From a virus (taxonomy: Duplodnaviria > Caudoviricetes), in IMG/VR virus record IMGVR_UViG_3300009685_000011, positions 1-64,000 of that record: a stretch of DNA of 64,000 nucleotides; one strand, given 5' to 3'. Positions 9,441-19,800 of this stretch are shown here, one piece after another. The stretch's first letter is position 1. The number at the start of each line of letters is the position of its first letter. The position numbers were made by a program, and so were the translations under genes. The notes under the pieces are model-generated. The model was not told where the DNA came from and did not search any database. It saw only the letters and a list, made by a program, of their open reading frames with translations.

Positions 9441-10325
9441 ATGTGGATAAACATAATCACTGCTATAATCAATATTCTTAAATACTTATTTAAAAAGAAA
9501 GACCAGACTCAAGTAAATGAACAGGTATATCAAGAAATAAAAGATACTCCTAAAGTAGAAGAAATCAAACCAGTAGAAGAGCCTGTTAACCAAACAATTA
9601 ATCCAATACAATCTGTAGAACCTATAGGAACTGTAGAAACTGTAAAACCTAATCTTAATATAATCCAGAAGTTACTACCACCTAATCAGTATGTCCAAGA
9701 TTCAAAATTTAAACCTAATTCTATTTGTCTACACCATACAAACGGTCACTCTTGGCAGAGTACTTATAATTATTGGGCTTCTGACAACGGATTACGAGTA
9801 GCAACCCATTTTTTAATAGATCGAGACGGGAGTGTAATTCAGTGTATACCATTGGAAAAGGCTTGGGGGTTTCATATCAATATTGCCGCCAAAGACAACA
9901 AAATCCCAACCAAGTACAAAAATCTTGGAAGAAAATATGATATGCAATCAATTGGAATAGAATTATGTTCTATGAGTCAAGTTACTCCCTATAACGGAAA
10001 GTTTTTAGATACTTATGGAAAAGTATTTAAGGGAGAAATAACTAAATTAAATAAACCTTTTAGGGGGTTTGAATACTTTGAGTCTTACACTAAAGAACAA
10101 ATAAACGCCTTAGGATTATTACTTTTGCATTTACTTGACGAGTATCCAAAAATAAAAGAGGGGTTGTATGATAATTACGAAAATAAGTTCGATATTAACC
10201 AAGATGCATTAGAAATGAAACCTGGTATATTTTTTCATGTGAGTTATCGAACAGGTACTAAGTGGGATTTGTATCCACATTCGGGTTTAATAACAATGTT
10301 AAACGATTTAAAAAACAAAATATGA
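9441..10325 (+). CDS. N-acetylmuramoyl-L-alanine amidase (amidase_2-type endolysin)
   Basis: ICLHHT, ATHFLIDRDG...IPLE..W, SIGIEL, FHVSYR..KWDLYP Zn-amidase motifs; hydrophobic N-terminus plus low-complexity linker. Confidence 0.85.
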   Translation: MWINIITAIINILKYLFKKKDQTQVNEQVYQEIKDTPKVEEIKPVEEPVNQTINPIQSVEPIGTVETVKPNLNIIQKLLPPNQYVQDSKFKPNSICLHHTNGHSWQSTYNYWASDNGLRVATHFLIDRDGSVIQCIPLEKAWGFHINIAAKDNKIPTKYKNLGRKYDMQSIGIELCSMSQVTPYNGKFLDTYGKVFKGEITKLNKPFRGFEYFESYTKEQINALGLLLLHLLDEYPKIKEGLYDNYENKFDINQDALEMKPGIFFHVSYRTGTKWDLYPHSGLITMLNDLKNKI

Positions 10326-11206
10326 TAGTAGACAATGGAAAATATTATGTTTATAGACATGTAAGATTAGATACAAATCAAGTATTTTACATAGGAATTG
10401 GGAGTAAAGTTAACAGATCTAATGGAAAATCTATGTATCAAAGAGCATTTTCAAAATCAGATAGAAATAAGTTTTGGAAATCTATCGTATCTAAAACTAA
10501 ATACGAAGTAGAAATTTTATTAGAGTCAGATGATTACGAGTTTGTACAAAGTAAAGAAATAGACTTTATTAAAATGTATGGCAGAAGAAATACTGGTAAA
10601 GGCACTTTATGTAATTTAACTGATGGGGGTGAGGGGGTTATGGGAGTATGTTATTACACAACTGAAGAAATGGTCGATAAATTTAAACAAATACATGGCG
10701 ATAAATATGATTATTCTAAATTTATATATAATAATTTTCTTAAAAAAAGTACAATTATATGTAAAAAACATGGTGAGTTTTTACAAACCCCAGAAAATCA
10801 TTTAAAATCACAAGGATGCCAAAAGTGTGGAAACGAAAGTAGAGTAAGGAGAGAGAGTAAAATAAAAAATTATGCAAAAATATTTGTAGATAAATTAAAG
10901 CAAATCTACCAAGATAGATTTGATTATTCTTTTATTGAATATACAGGTCAACGAAACAGAGTAAAACTTATATGTGCTTTACACGGAGAGTTTACTCAAA
11001 CTCCTATGGATTTATTAAATGGTCACAGTTGTCAAAAATGCGGAAGAAGTAATATTTCAAAAAGTAAACGAAAAGGTTCATCGGAACAAATTGAATATAT
11101 ACAACAGCAACTGTTAATAGGAAAAAGCATACGCGAAATTAGCAAACAAGTTAATCTGTCACGGGATGTAGTTTCTTATATTAAAACTCACGGATATAAA
11201 GATTAG
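10322..11206 (+). CDS. Free-standing GIY-YIG-like homing endonuclease with two Cys/His-rich repeats
   Basis: YYVYRH...FYIGIG...R...E..FI..YGR N-terminal domain; two repeats Y(D/S)YS..Y......IC..HGEF.QTP..(H/L)L.G..CQKC. Start placed at the ATGA overlap with the amidase stop. Confidence 0.8.
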   Translation: MIVDNGKYYVYRHVRLDTNQVFYIGIGSKVNRSNGKSMYQRAFSKSDRNKFWKSIVSKTKYEVEILLESDDYEFVQSKEIDFIKMYGRRNTGKGTLCNLTDGGEGVMGVCYYTTEEMVDKFKQIHGDKYDYSKFIYNNFLKKSTIICKKHGEFLQTPENHLKSQGCQKCGNESRVRRESKIKNYAKIFVDKLKQIYQDRFDYSFIEYTGQRNRVKLICALHGEFTQTPMDLLNGHSCQKCGRSNISKSKRKGSSEQIEYIQQQLLIGKSIREISKQVNLSRDVVSYIKTHGYKD

Positions 11207-11210
11207 TTTA

Positions 11211-11603
11211 ATGTGGACTTTTGACAGACTTAAATTAGAAGTATTTTCATTGTTGGAACGAGTCAGACTTCTGGAGAAAAACACTAACACAGGAGATGCT
11301 TCTTCTATTAGTGTTACTCCTACTGGAAATCTCGGTTCTAATAATGTACAAGATGCATTAGAAGAACTTCAAGCAGATATAGATGTATTATCTTCAGGAA
11401 GTATTTTAACCTATACTAAAACCTTTGGAAACGTACTTACAGATACTATACTTAATTCAGAACACGGCTTATCCACCGTTCATAACGTAATAGTTAAAAC
11501 TTCTTCTGACGATAGAGTTAGTGTAAAAGTTAATATATCAGGAACTACTGTAACTATCAACTCTAATATTTCTTTATTAAACCATAAACTTTTAATTTAC
11601 TAA
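11211..11603 (+). CDS. Hypothetical virion/tail-associated protein
   Basis: 130-aa ORF, coiled-coil N-terminus and S/T/N-rich beta-type C-terminus; lies in a tail-like gene run. Confidence 0.5.
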   Translation: MWTFDRLKLEVFSLLERVRLLEKNTNTGDASSISVTPTGNLGSNNVQDALEELQADIDVLSSGSILTYTKTFGNVLTDTILNSEHGLSTVHNVIVKTSSDDRVSVKVNISGTTVTINSNISLLNHKLLIY

Positions 11604-11615
11604 TTTATAAATCTC

Positions 11616-12359
11616 ATGGCAGATTTAATTTATCACGATTTAGATCTTGTAAGAGTCTCACAACTTAAACAAACAAGAATTCAAAACATCACCACAAGTG
11701 ATAGAACTACTTTAGGTAGTTCTCTTGGTGGTGGTAACACAGGTCTTATCGTATATGATACAGACTTAGATTCTCTTTATATTTGGGATGGGTCTGCTTG
11801 GGATGCAGTAGGTGTTACTGTTTCTGGAGCGATGACTCTTAAAGGAGTAGTTGCTCACAATGCTACTGAACCAGGATCTCCTTCTACAGGAGACTATTAT
11901 ATCTTTAGTTCAGCAGGTTCTAATACTTGGGAAAGTGATGAGGCTGTGGAAGCAGGCGACATGGTAGTTTGGGATGGTACCAACTGGAGGTACATAAATC
12001 GCAATGTTTACGATGCTACAGAAACCTTAGCGGGTAAAATCGAAATAGCAAATACGTCTGAAACTAATGCCGGATCAGATGATACCAGAGCAGTAACACC
12101 TGCTAAACTTGCAGGGTTTATTTCTAACCGTACTCTCGCTAAGGTTTATTTTGCGTCTTCAGTTTCTGTTACAGCAAACACCCCTTTCACAGTAACTCAT
12201 AACCTTGCTCTTCAGAACAGAAACGCTTTCACTATAAATGTGATGAACTCTTCTCACTCTGCCGTGTCTTTAGATGTAGACTCGGTAGATGCAAACTCTC
12301 TCACAATTACTTCGGCTGTTTCCTTAACAGGTCTCAGTGTTACCGTAATAGGATTCTAA
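11616..12359 (+). CDS. Tail fibre-like protein
   Basis: ATETLAGKIEIA...DDTRAVTPAKL phage tail-fibre repeat; GLIVYDTD...LYIWDG..W module; S/T/A/G-rich. Confidence 0.7.
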   Translation: MADLIYHDLDLVRVSQLKQTRIQNITTSDRTTLGSSLGGGNTGLIVYDTDLDSLYIWDGSAWDAVGVTVSGAMTLKGVVAHNATEPGSPSTGDYYIFSSAGSNTWESDEAVEAGDMVVWDGTNWRYINRNVYDATETLAGKIEIANTSETNAGSDDTRAVTPAKLAGFISNRTLAKVYFASSVSVTANTPFTVTHNLALQNRNAFTINVMNSSHSAVSLDVDSVDANSLTITSAVSLTGLSVTVIGF

Positions 12360-12568
12360 TGGCAGATACTATAAGTAATGCTCTCAAAGTACCTGAATTA
12401 TCTTCATCTCCTGCAAATCCTCCTTCAGGGTATTTGGCTATTTATGCTAAAACAGATAATAAACTATATGTAAAAACTGCTGCCGGAGTTGAAATAGAAT
12501 TAACTAATGTTGCCGGTAGTGGTGTTTCGGAAGCAAAAGCACTGATGGTTTCTTCTTTAAGGATTTAA
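12359..12568 (+). CDS. Small tail-associated protein
   Basis: 69 aa, PANPPSGYLAIYAKTDNKLY resembles fibre-associated modules; translationally coupled to the previous gene. Confidence 0.5.
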   Translation: MADTISNALKVPELSSSPANPPSGYLAIYAKTDNKLYVKTAAGVEIELTNVAGSGVSEAKALMVSSLRI

Positions 12569-12593
12569 GAATTTAAGAATCTAAGAATTTAAT

Positions 12594-13796
12594 ATGATTA
12601 TACTTGATTCAACTACAAAAAAACTACAAGCGTATACTTCTGCTACACCAACAACAGACCTTACTTACTATGTGTCTTATATAGATATGTCTTCTTTAGC
12701 CGTATCTAATATAGCCTCCAGTAATGGGACTTTTGATGAAACAGAAACAGACATAGTATCTGCTCCAGGTGCCTCTACACAAAGGCAAGTTAAATATATG
12801 TCTTTGTATAACGCTGATTCTCAAATTCAAACCGTTACTGTAGTTTTAGATGTGTCTGGTACAAACACAGTTCTTGCTCAAGTCTTACTACAACCAGGTT
12901 ATACTCTTACTTACAATAATGACGGTAAGTGGGAGATAATCAATGGAGCACAAGTAATGGATGAGGGGTTTTTATTAAGCGGAGTAGCAGCAGAACCTTC
13001 TGCTCCATCAGAAGATACTATGTGGTTTTACGCTAAAAACATAAGTGGCAGAATGCTACCTAAATGGAAAGGGCCATCAGGTTTAGACACAGCAGTACAA
13101 CCTGGTTTGTTTCAGAATAACATTATGATGCTACTTCCACAAATCTCTACCACAATAACATTATGGGGTACTACTAACACATCAGTAGGTACTGTTTCTC
13201 ACCCCGCGCTTGCTGCTACTAATCTTAGGACTTCAATGCGTAGATGGATATGGACTTCTGCTGCTACTGCTAATGCGGCATCTGAAGGTAGAACAGTAGC
13301 AAGTTTAGTTTGGAGAGGAAATTCCGCAGGGTTAGGTGGGTGGTATTATGCTTGTAGATGGGCCATATCTTCTTCCACTGCTAATCAACAAGTGGCAGTA
13401 GGACTATGGAATGCAACAGGTGCTACAGCAACTACTACAGTACCCTCGAATTTAACTAACTGTATATTTGTAGGATGGGATTCAGCAGATACCAACTTAC
13501 AAGTAATGCATAACGATGCTTCTGGTACTTGCACTAAAATTGACTTAGGAGCATCTTTTCCTGCTAACTCTACTACGGCTGTTTATGAATTTATGATGTT
13601 TGCTCCCCCTAACGGATCTTCTGTATTTTATCGAGTAGTAAGATTAGACACAGGAGATGTAGCAGAAGGAGAAATTACTACAGACTTACCTGCTTCAACT
13701 ACGTTTTTAACTCGTCACGAGTATATGAATAATGGTGGCACTGCTGCGGCTGTAATTCTTGAAGTATCTCGTATTTATATTGAAACTGATTATTAA
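12594..13796 (+). CDS. Tail fibre/spike-like protein, possible receptor-binding C-terminal beta domain
   Basis: 400 aa, T/S/A/G-rich, PSAPSEDTMWFYAK fibre module, beta-rich C-terminus; positional context. Confidence 0.55.
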   Translation: MIILDSTTKKLQAYTSATPTTDLTYYVSYIDMSSLAVSNIASSNGTFDETETDIVSAPGASTQRQVKYMSLYNADSQIQTVTVVLDVSGTNTVLAQVLLQPGYTLTYNNDGKWEIINGAQVMDEGFLLSGVAAEPSAPSEDTMWFYAKNISGRMLPKWKGPSGLDTAVQPGLFQNNIMMLLPQISTTITLWGTTNTSVGTVSHPALAATNLRTSMRRWIWTSAATANAASEGRTVASLVWRGNSAGLGGWYYACRWAISSSTANQQVAVGLWNATGATATTTVPSNLTNCIFVGWDSADTNLQVMHNDASGTCTKIDLGASFPANSTTAVYEFMMFAPPNGSSVFYRVVRLDTGDVAEGEITTDLPASTTFLTRHEYMNNGGTAAAVILEVSRIYIETDY

Positions 13797-13800
13797 AACT

Positions 13801-16800
13801 ATGAACTGTAAACTTCCACACATATCAGCATTAGATAATTCCCGTCAGTTCTTAATTGATCTTGAAGCAATAGACGACTCTAATAAAATATTAGATGATA
13901 TCGCTTTTGACTCAATTGTTAAAGAATTAGAACAAGACAACATTAAAGCCTATCAGGTATCTGGTAAACCCTGGTTACGAGATGTAACTAAAGGAGGTGA
14001 AATTGCTATACCTAATATAGAGGTTTTAAACAAAATAGATCAGAAAAGAAAAGACTTGGGTCTTTACGAAGATCAGTTGAGTGCTGACTTGTCAGAAGAC
14101 AGTGACATTATTCCACCAAATGAACAAGTAGGTTATCAATTTAGAGTTGTTAATGCTTTACAATCGGACAAAGTAAGGCAGCCTAAATTAGATAATCTAC
14201 AGGGATTTTATAATGACCTTCAGAAACAAGGTATACCAAGTCAACAAATAGACTTAGTTAAAGATATTTTATCTGATGTTAAAGGAAGTGTCACTAAGGA
14301 CGATATTATTAAAGAGTTGCTGTTAAAATACAGTTATGGTGTTGAGATTGAAACATCCAAATACAAATATCCGTATAATGCTTCTGATCCTGATTACGAT
14401 AGTCAAGGAAATATTATTCACAACGGCGATCCAACTTCTTACTATTCTGACTTAACTGTAGGGCCAATTAAAAACTACAAAGAAAATAATATTATTGTTC
14501 CTGGTATTACTCCAAGTATCCGTGCGCACGGACAATTTTCTACAGATAATACTATTGGTTGGACACGGACATGGGAATATGATAGTATTCCTAACACTTT
14601 AATTATAGGAGAATTACAGTCGGACTTGTTTCAGAAAAGTAGAGATAAAGGTAATTTAATTTCAGCCGATTCTGAAGATTCTAATTTTGGAATTTTAGAA
14701 TTAGAAAACGGACAATTTGCTGTTGGATATTCTGATAATACAATTATTAATAAGTTTGATACAAGGGAAGAAGCAATTGAAGAAGCAACAAGATTAGTTA
14801 ATATAAAAAAAGATAATAATCAAAACAAATTTCTTCAACTCTTAAACAAAGATAATCAATGGGTTACATTCTTCACCCGATCAATTATCCAGGACAGTGC
14901 TAAAAGAGGTTATGAAAAAGTACTGTTTCCAACAGGTAATACTGCTGCTAAAATAGAGGGACATACTACTATAGAAGAAGAAGAAAGAACAATTAAAGAA
15001 GATATAGAAAAGATAAAAAAAGGTGACATTGAAACATTACGCAATAAGACAATTTCAGAAACCACTTCTCCAAAAGTAGAAAATCAACACGATTACCAAG
15101 GAACAACTAAAGAAGGAGAGAATTTTGTAAATTTAGATCGCACAAAGGGTTACAGCGCTCCAAGGCATTTACATAGATTTACATTAGAAGATTTAGACAA
15201 TCCTAATTTTGAAGAAAGGTATATATATTTTGAACCTACCAGAGATATAGTACATGAATACAGTTACGCGATAAGAGAAAACGGAAAGTATTATAAAAGC
15301 GTCGGGTTTATGGAAAGAGAAGAAATTACCAAAGAAGAATTTATTGAGTTGTATAAAGTAGAAAAAGAAAAACTCGATAAATTAATTAATAGCAAATTAC
15401 TTAAAAATCAAATTGAATACTTAGAAAACAAATTAAAGTATCTTAATACACACGGGTTTGGCGCATTACAACCTATTTTTAAATTCTATGAAGAAACAGT
15501 AGGTAATATTCTTAAAAAGAATTATAAAGATAAAGTCAATCGTATTACTGATGAGTATGGCAATCAGTGGTGGGAACTTAATATAGATAGAAGTAGGGAT
15601 TTAACTGATATAATGTTTCAATTTGAATCTTCTCAACTACCCATCGAAGTAACACCAGAACTAAAGTCTACATTAGAACAGTTTGCTAAAAAACTAAACC
15701 CAGACTTTAAAATAGAAGTTCTTGATGACCTACTTAAAACTAAAGGATTAAACGGTATTGCTAACTTAAAGAACTTTTCTATTCAACTTCAAAGAGGTAA
15801 AGAGTCAGCCTTAGCCGAAGAGGTAAGTCACTTTCTAATAGAGTTGATGGAAGATTCCAACCCTCTTAAACAAACTATGAGGGACGAGATCACAAGAACT
15901 CGACTCTACAAAATGGTTAGAAATAGTCCTGACTACAAGCAAGCCTATGGTAATAACGTAGATTTACTTAAGAGGGAAGCAATGGCTAAACTTGTCAGTT
16001 TGTATCTAACTGATAAAGAATTATTTAAATACTATAGTGGGTCTGACTCTTTGGTAGAAAATCTTGTAAGGTGGATCAAAGACTTCTTTAGATGGGTAAA
16101 AGGAAAGTCTTCTTCAATTGGTTCTTTTATTAAGGCTGCTGAAAAAATAGTAAACCTTGACACCGAAGGATTAACAAGAGATAGAAACCTTCTTGTAGAG
16201 CAAATGTATTCTTTTGGAGAATTTGCTCAAGAGTCTACCGTACTTACTACAGTGGGTAATTTAAATACTCGTCTTTACAATAAGGTCTACATAAATATCA
16301 GTGATACAGTACTTGACTCCAGTAATTATTTCTCTGGTTCCGAAAGCGAAAAGAAATCAGTATTAATGGGAGAAAATCCTGAAACACTTAAAGAGTTTTT
16401 TGCAAATGCTGACTTTACTCACTTGGGTAGAGAACTTGTAGACAAAGTAAGCACTCAAGGAATTACTAACGTAGAATTTTATACGTCTCTTCCTTATGAT
16501 GAGGTTTTAGTTGAAAGGTTTGATTACGCTTTTCCTGGAGCAGAGATTCACTTCTTAAATAAAAGACAACTTCTTGAAGATGAGGATGGAAATCTGATAG
16601 AAGTAATAACTAACACTACAGAAGACTTCTTGAACAAGTCTAAAGAGTCAGGAGAAAAAGCAGTCTTTATAGATAACAAACCTCCTACCAGAGAATTAAA
16701 CATCGAGTATAGAAACTATCGAAACAGCAGGGCTAAGGTTTACGAATCTTTCTTGGATAGAATTCGTAGAAAAGATTCTTCTGAACAAGACAAACTAAAA

Positions 16801-19800
16801 CTTGACACTCTAATTCAAGAACTTAAACAAGCAAACAAAGAGCCTCTTGTTGAAAAAATTAAACAAGCGTTTAATATCGTTAAAAGAGAGGTCAGGGGAA
16901 TTCAATCTTTGGAAAGAAGACTTGAATCTCAAGGTCTTGAAGAAGATGAGTCTATGTCTTTATTTAGAGATGAAGGAGACATTCTTCTTCCTGAAAATAA
17001 AGCACGTCAAGGTTTAGATTTACTTGATAAGGTAGAACGCTACGAAGAACTGTTACTGACGTATGTAGGTACAATAGAGTCTGTTACTGAATTTTTTAAA
17101 AGGAGAAATGCTTCTAATTACGAAGCAATCAAAGATAGGCTCTTATCAGGAACTCAAGAAAATCTTGACATAGCAATTCAAGAACTTTCGTTTGTTACTA
17201 AAATGGGTAACAAGTGGAAAGACTACGTAAACAAACTTAGAGAAGTGATTCGAGATACACCTAACACCAGACTTTTATACGATCTGTTGGGTGATCTGGT
17301 TACTCAAATTGATACTTCGAAAGACAAAAGTAGAAGTCTCGCAGTTCAAGTAATAGGTAATAAACTCGCGCCTGCTCTTGAAGTTTATAATTCTAATAGA
17401 CAAGCGGATGCCAAAGAAATGTCTGAAAGACTTGAAGAAGAAACAGATGAAGACAATAAAAAAAGAATGCAGAAGTCTATTGAATTTCTTGAAAGACAAA
17501 CCACAGCAGAAGATATTATTGACATTCTCAACGGAGAAGTTAAGGATATAACTCCTTTGACAGTATGGATAGAGCCACTTGCTAATACTTCAGACCCTTT
17601 AATAGCGTCCTTGGAAAAATTGCTTATTAAGTCTCAACTTGAAGTAGAAGTAGGTGAAATAGCACAGGCTCAAGAATTAGGAGAACTTGTTACCAAAGAA
17701 GAAAAAATAGTTTCTACTAAAGAATGGCAAGACAAAATCTTATACCTTGACAAGGTATATGTATGGGAAGGTTCTGGAGAAGAACGTAAAAGAGTTACTA
17801 AAGATGCCTGGACTTTCTTACATCCTTTTAAAAACGAATGGAAGAAAGAAGAAAAAGAAATAGAAATGCTTCAGTTCAAAGACAAATGGGTAAAAGCACT
17901 TCAAGACAACAGTGTTAGCGAAGAAAGAAGAGAAGAACTTAAAAAGGAATACTTTAAAAAGAGAGAAGAACTTGAAAACTTTCTTAATTTAAATTGGCAC
18001 CGTGAGTACTTACCAGAGTACTACTCAAAGTACAATGAACTTACACCTGATGAAAACTCAAAAGAACTTCTTGATGAAGTAAAAATGCTTCAACAGTCTT
18101 TGTTTAGTCAAATTGAAAACCTCGCACTTGAAGCAAGGACTCAAGAAGGAAAAATACTAAGAGACACAAATCACAAGATTGAAGTTCTTAAAACAGAACT
18201 TAAACTTTTAAAGAACGAATTTTACCCTGACGGTACTCCTAAGACAGGAAAAGAACTTGAGATAGCAAAACTTCTTCAAAAGAAATCTGAAATAGATCGT
18301 AGGTTTTATGATTATGACTATGACTATGCTCGCTTTAGAGGAGACTTTCATATTTTTATGGAAACCTTAAACCTTCCAGAAGACGTAAAAGAAACTCTTC
18401 GTCTTAAACTCAAAGACAATAACTTTACTGAAGTCTATAGATACGCTCGTAAAAAGAACCTCTTTTCGATTACTAATTGGTTGGATGACAACGCAGTAAC
18501 CCGGTATCACCCTGACTGGTATGAGCAAAGAAAAAACATATCCGAGCAGATAAGTTCTATTAGTGAGCAGATCATAGACATTACAGGTGCTCCTTATAAA
18601 GTAAGACTGAATGAAATATGGCAGGAACTGTTTGGACTTACTTCTTATCTTAGGGATGAAGATGGTATTTTTGATGGTATAATGGCAAGCACTACCGTTC
18701 AGTCCAAAGTTCAAGAATTGGATACTGAAATAGAAAGAATCAGAGAATTAACAAGAGAACACAATAAAGACATTAAAACCCCTATCCTCAAGGAGTTAAG
18801 AGAACAGTTGTCTGATCTCATAAAAGAGTTGGATGACATTCAATCTAAAAAAGTAACCGATTCTTATAAAGATCACTTTAATGAATTAATACGAGAATCA
18901 GGATTCGCTGATATTCATAACAAAGACACCAAAACTATTTGGATAGAAGGTATCAACATTCTTGAATTTATCAATTACGAGTCTTTTCAAAAAACTCTAA
19001 AAGAAAATCCAGAGCATCCTTTTTCAGTGTGGTTTAATAATAACCACTTTAGAAAAACTTATTTTGAAAATGGAGATGCTTACAAAGCATGGACACCTAC
19101 TTACATCTGGTTTAAGATAGAACCTTCTGATAAAAAATACGTATTACTAAGTCCTTCTTTTAAATATTCAAAGAGAATAGTTAAAAAAGAATGGGAAACA
19201 AAGAAAACCGAACTTACTTATAACTCTGCTTTGGATGAGTGGAATCCTAAATCTGAAGAATTTTTTAATCCTGATTATAACAAACTTTATTTAAGTAGTG
19301 ACCCTAAAGACAAGGCTTCTTTAAGAATTCTTAAAGCCCTCACAGACTATCATCTTACAACACAGGCTTCTACGAGTGTAAGAGAAGGACAAATAGGTTA
19401 CACCCTTCCTTACATTAAAAAACAAATGTACGAACCTGGTTATCTTAAGAGCCTCAAAAGGGATTTCTTTGACACTTCCAATAGATTTGAAGAAGGAGCG
19501 GGTAACTTTGACGATCAGGTTAAAAAAACAAACTGGCTTCAAAAAAACAAGACTAAAATTCTAAATTTCTGGAACAATCAGGAGCAAGAAGAAGACACTC
19601 AAGAAGAGTCACAAAAAATAATGAGAGTGGCCGTACCATTTACTCATTACCTTGAGCCAGAGAATACTTCGAAGGATGCTTTAATGAGTGTTATCAGATA
19701 TTCTGCTTCTACCAGAAAAGCAGACAAGATGATGAAAAGCCTACCTCTTATTAACTTGATTGAGGATTCTATTCTTAATTCTCCAAGGATGAAAAAAGGC

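Noticed and set aside
12557-12593. Short tandem repeats before start codons (TTTAAGAA-like here; TTTAAAA x3 at 22130-22151 and 40925-40946)
   Set aside because: Low-complexity A-rich spacers consistent with Bacteroidota SD-less initiation regions; too simple to call a shared regulatory motif.
18307-18327. YDYDYDY in the second giant protein as a second RNAP active site
   Set aside because: Lacks the preceding R-x-P...FLP...P.E...G context seen at 5121; likely a short TATGA(C/T) repeat.
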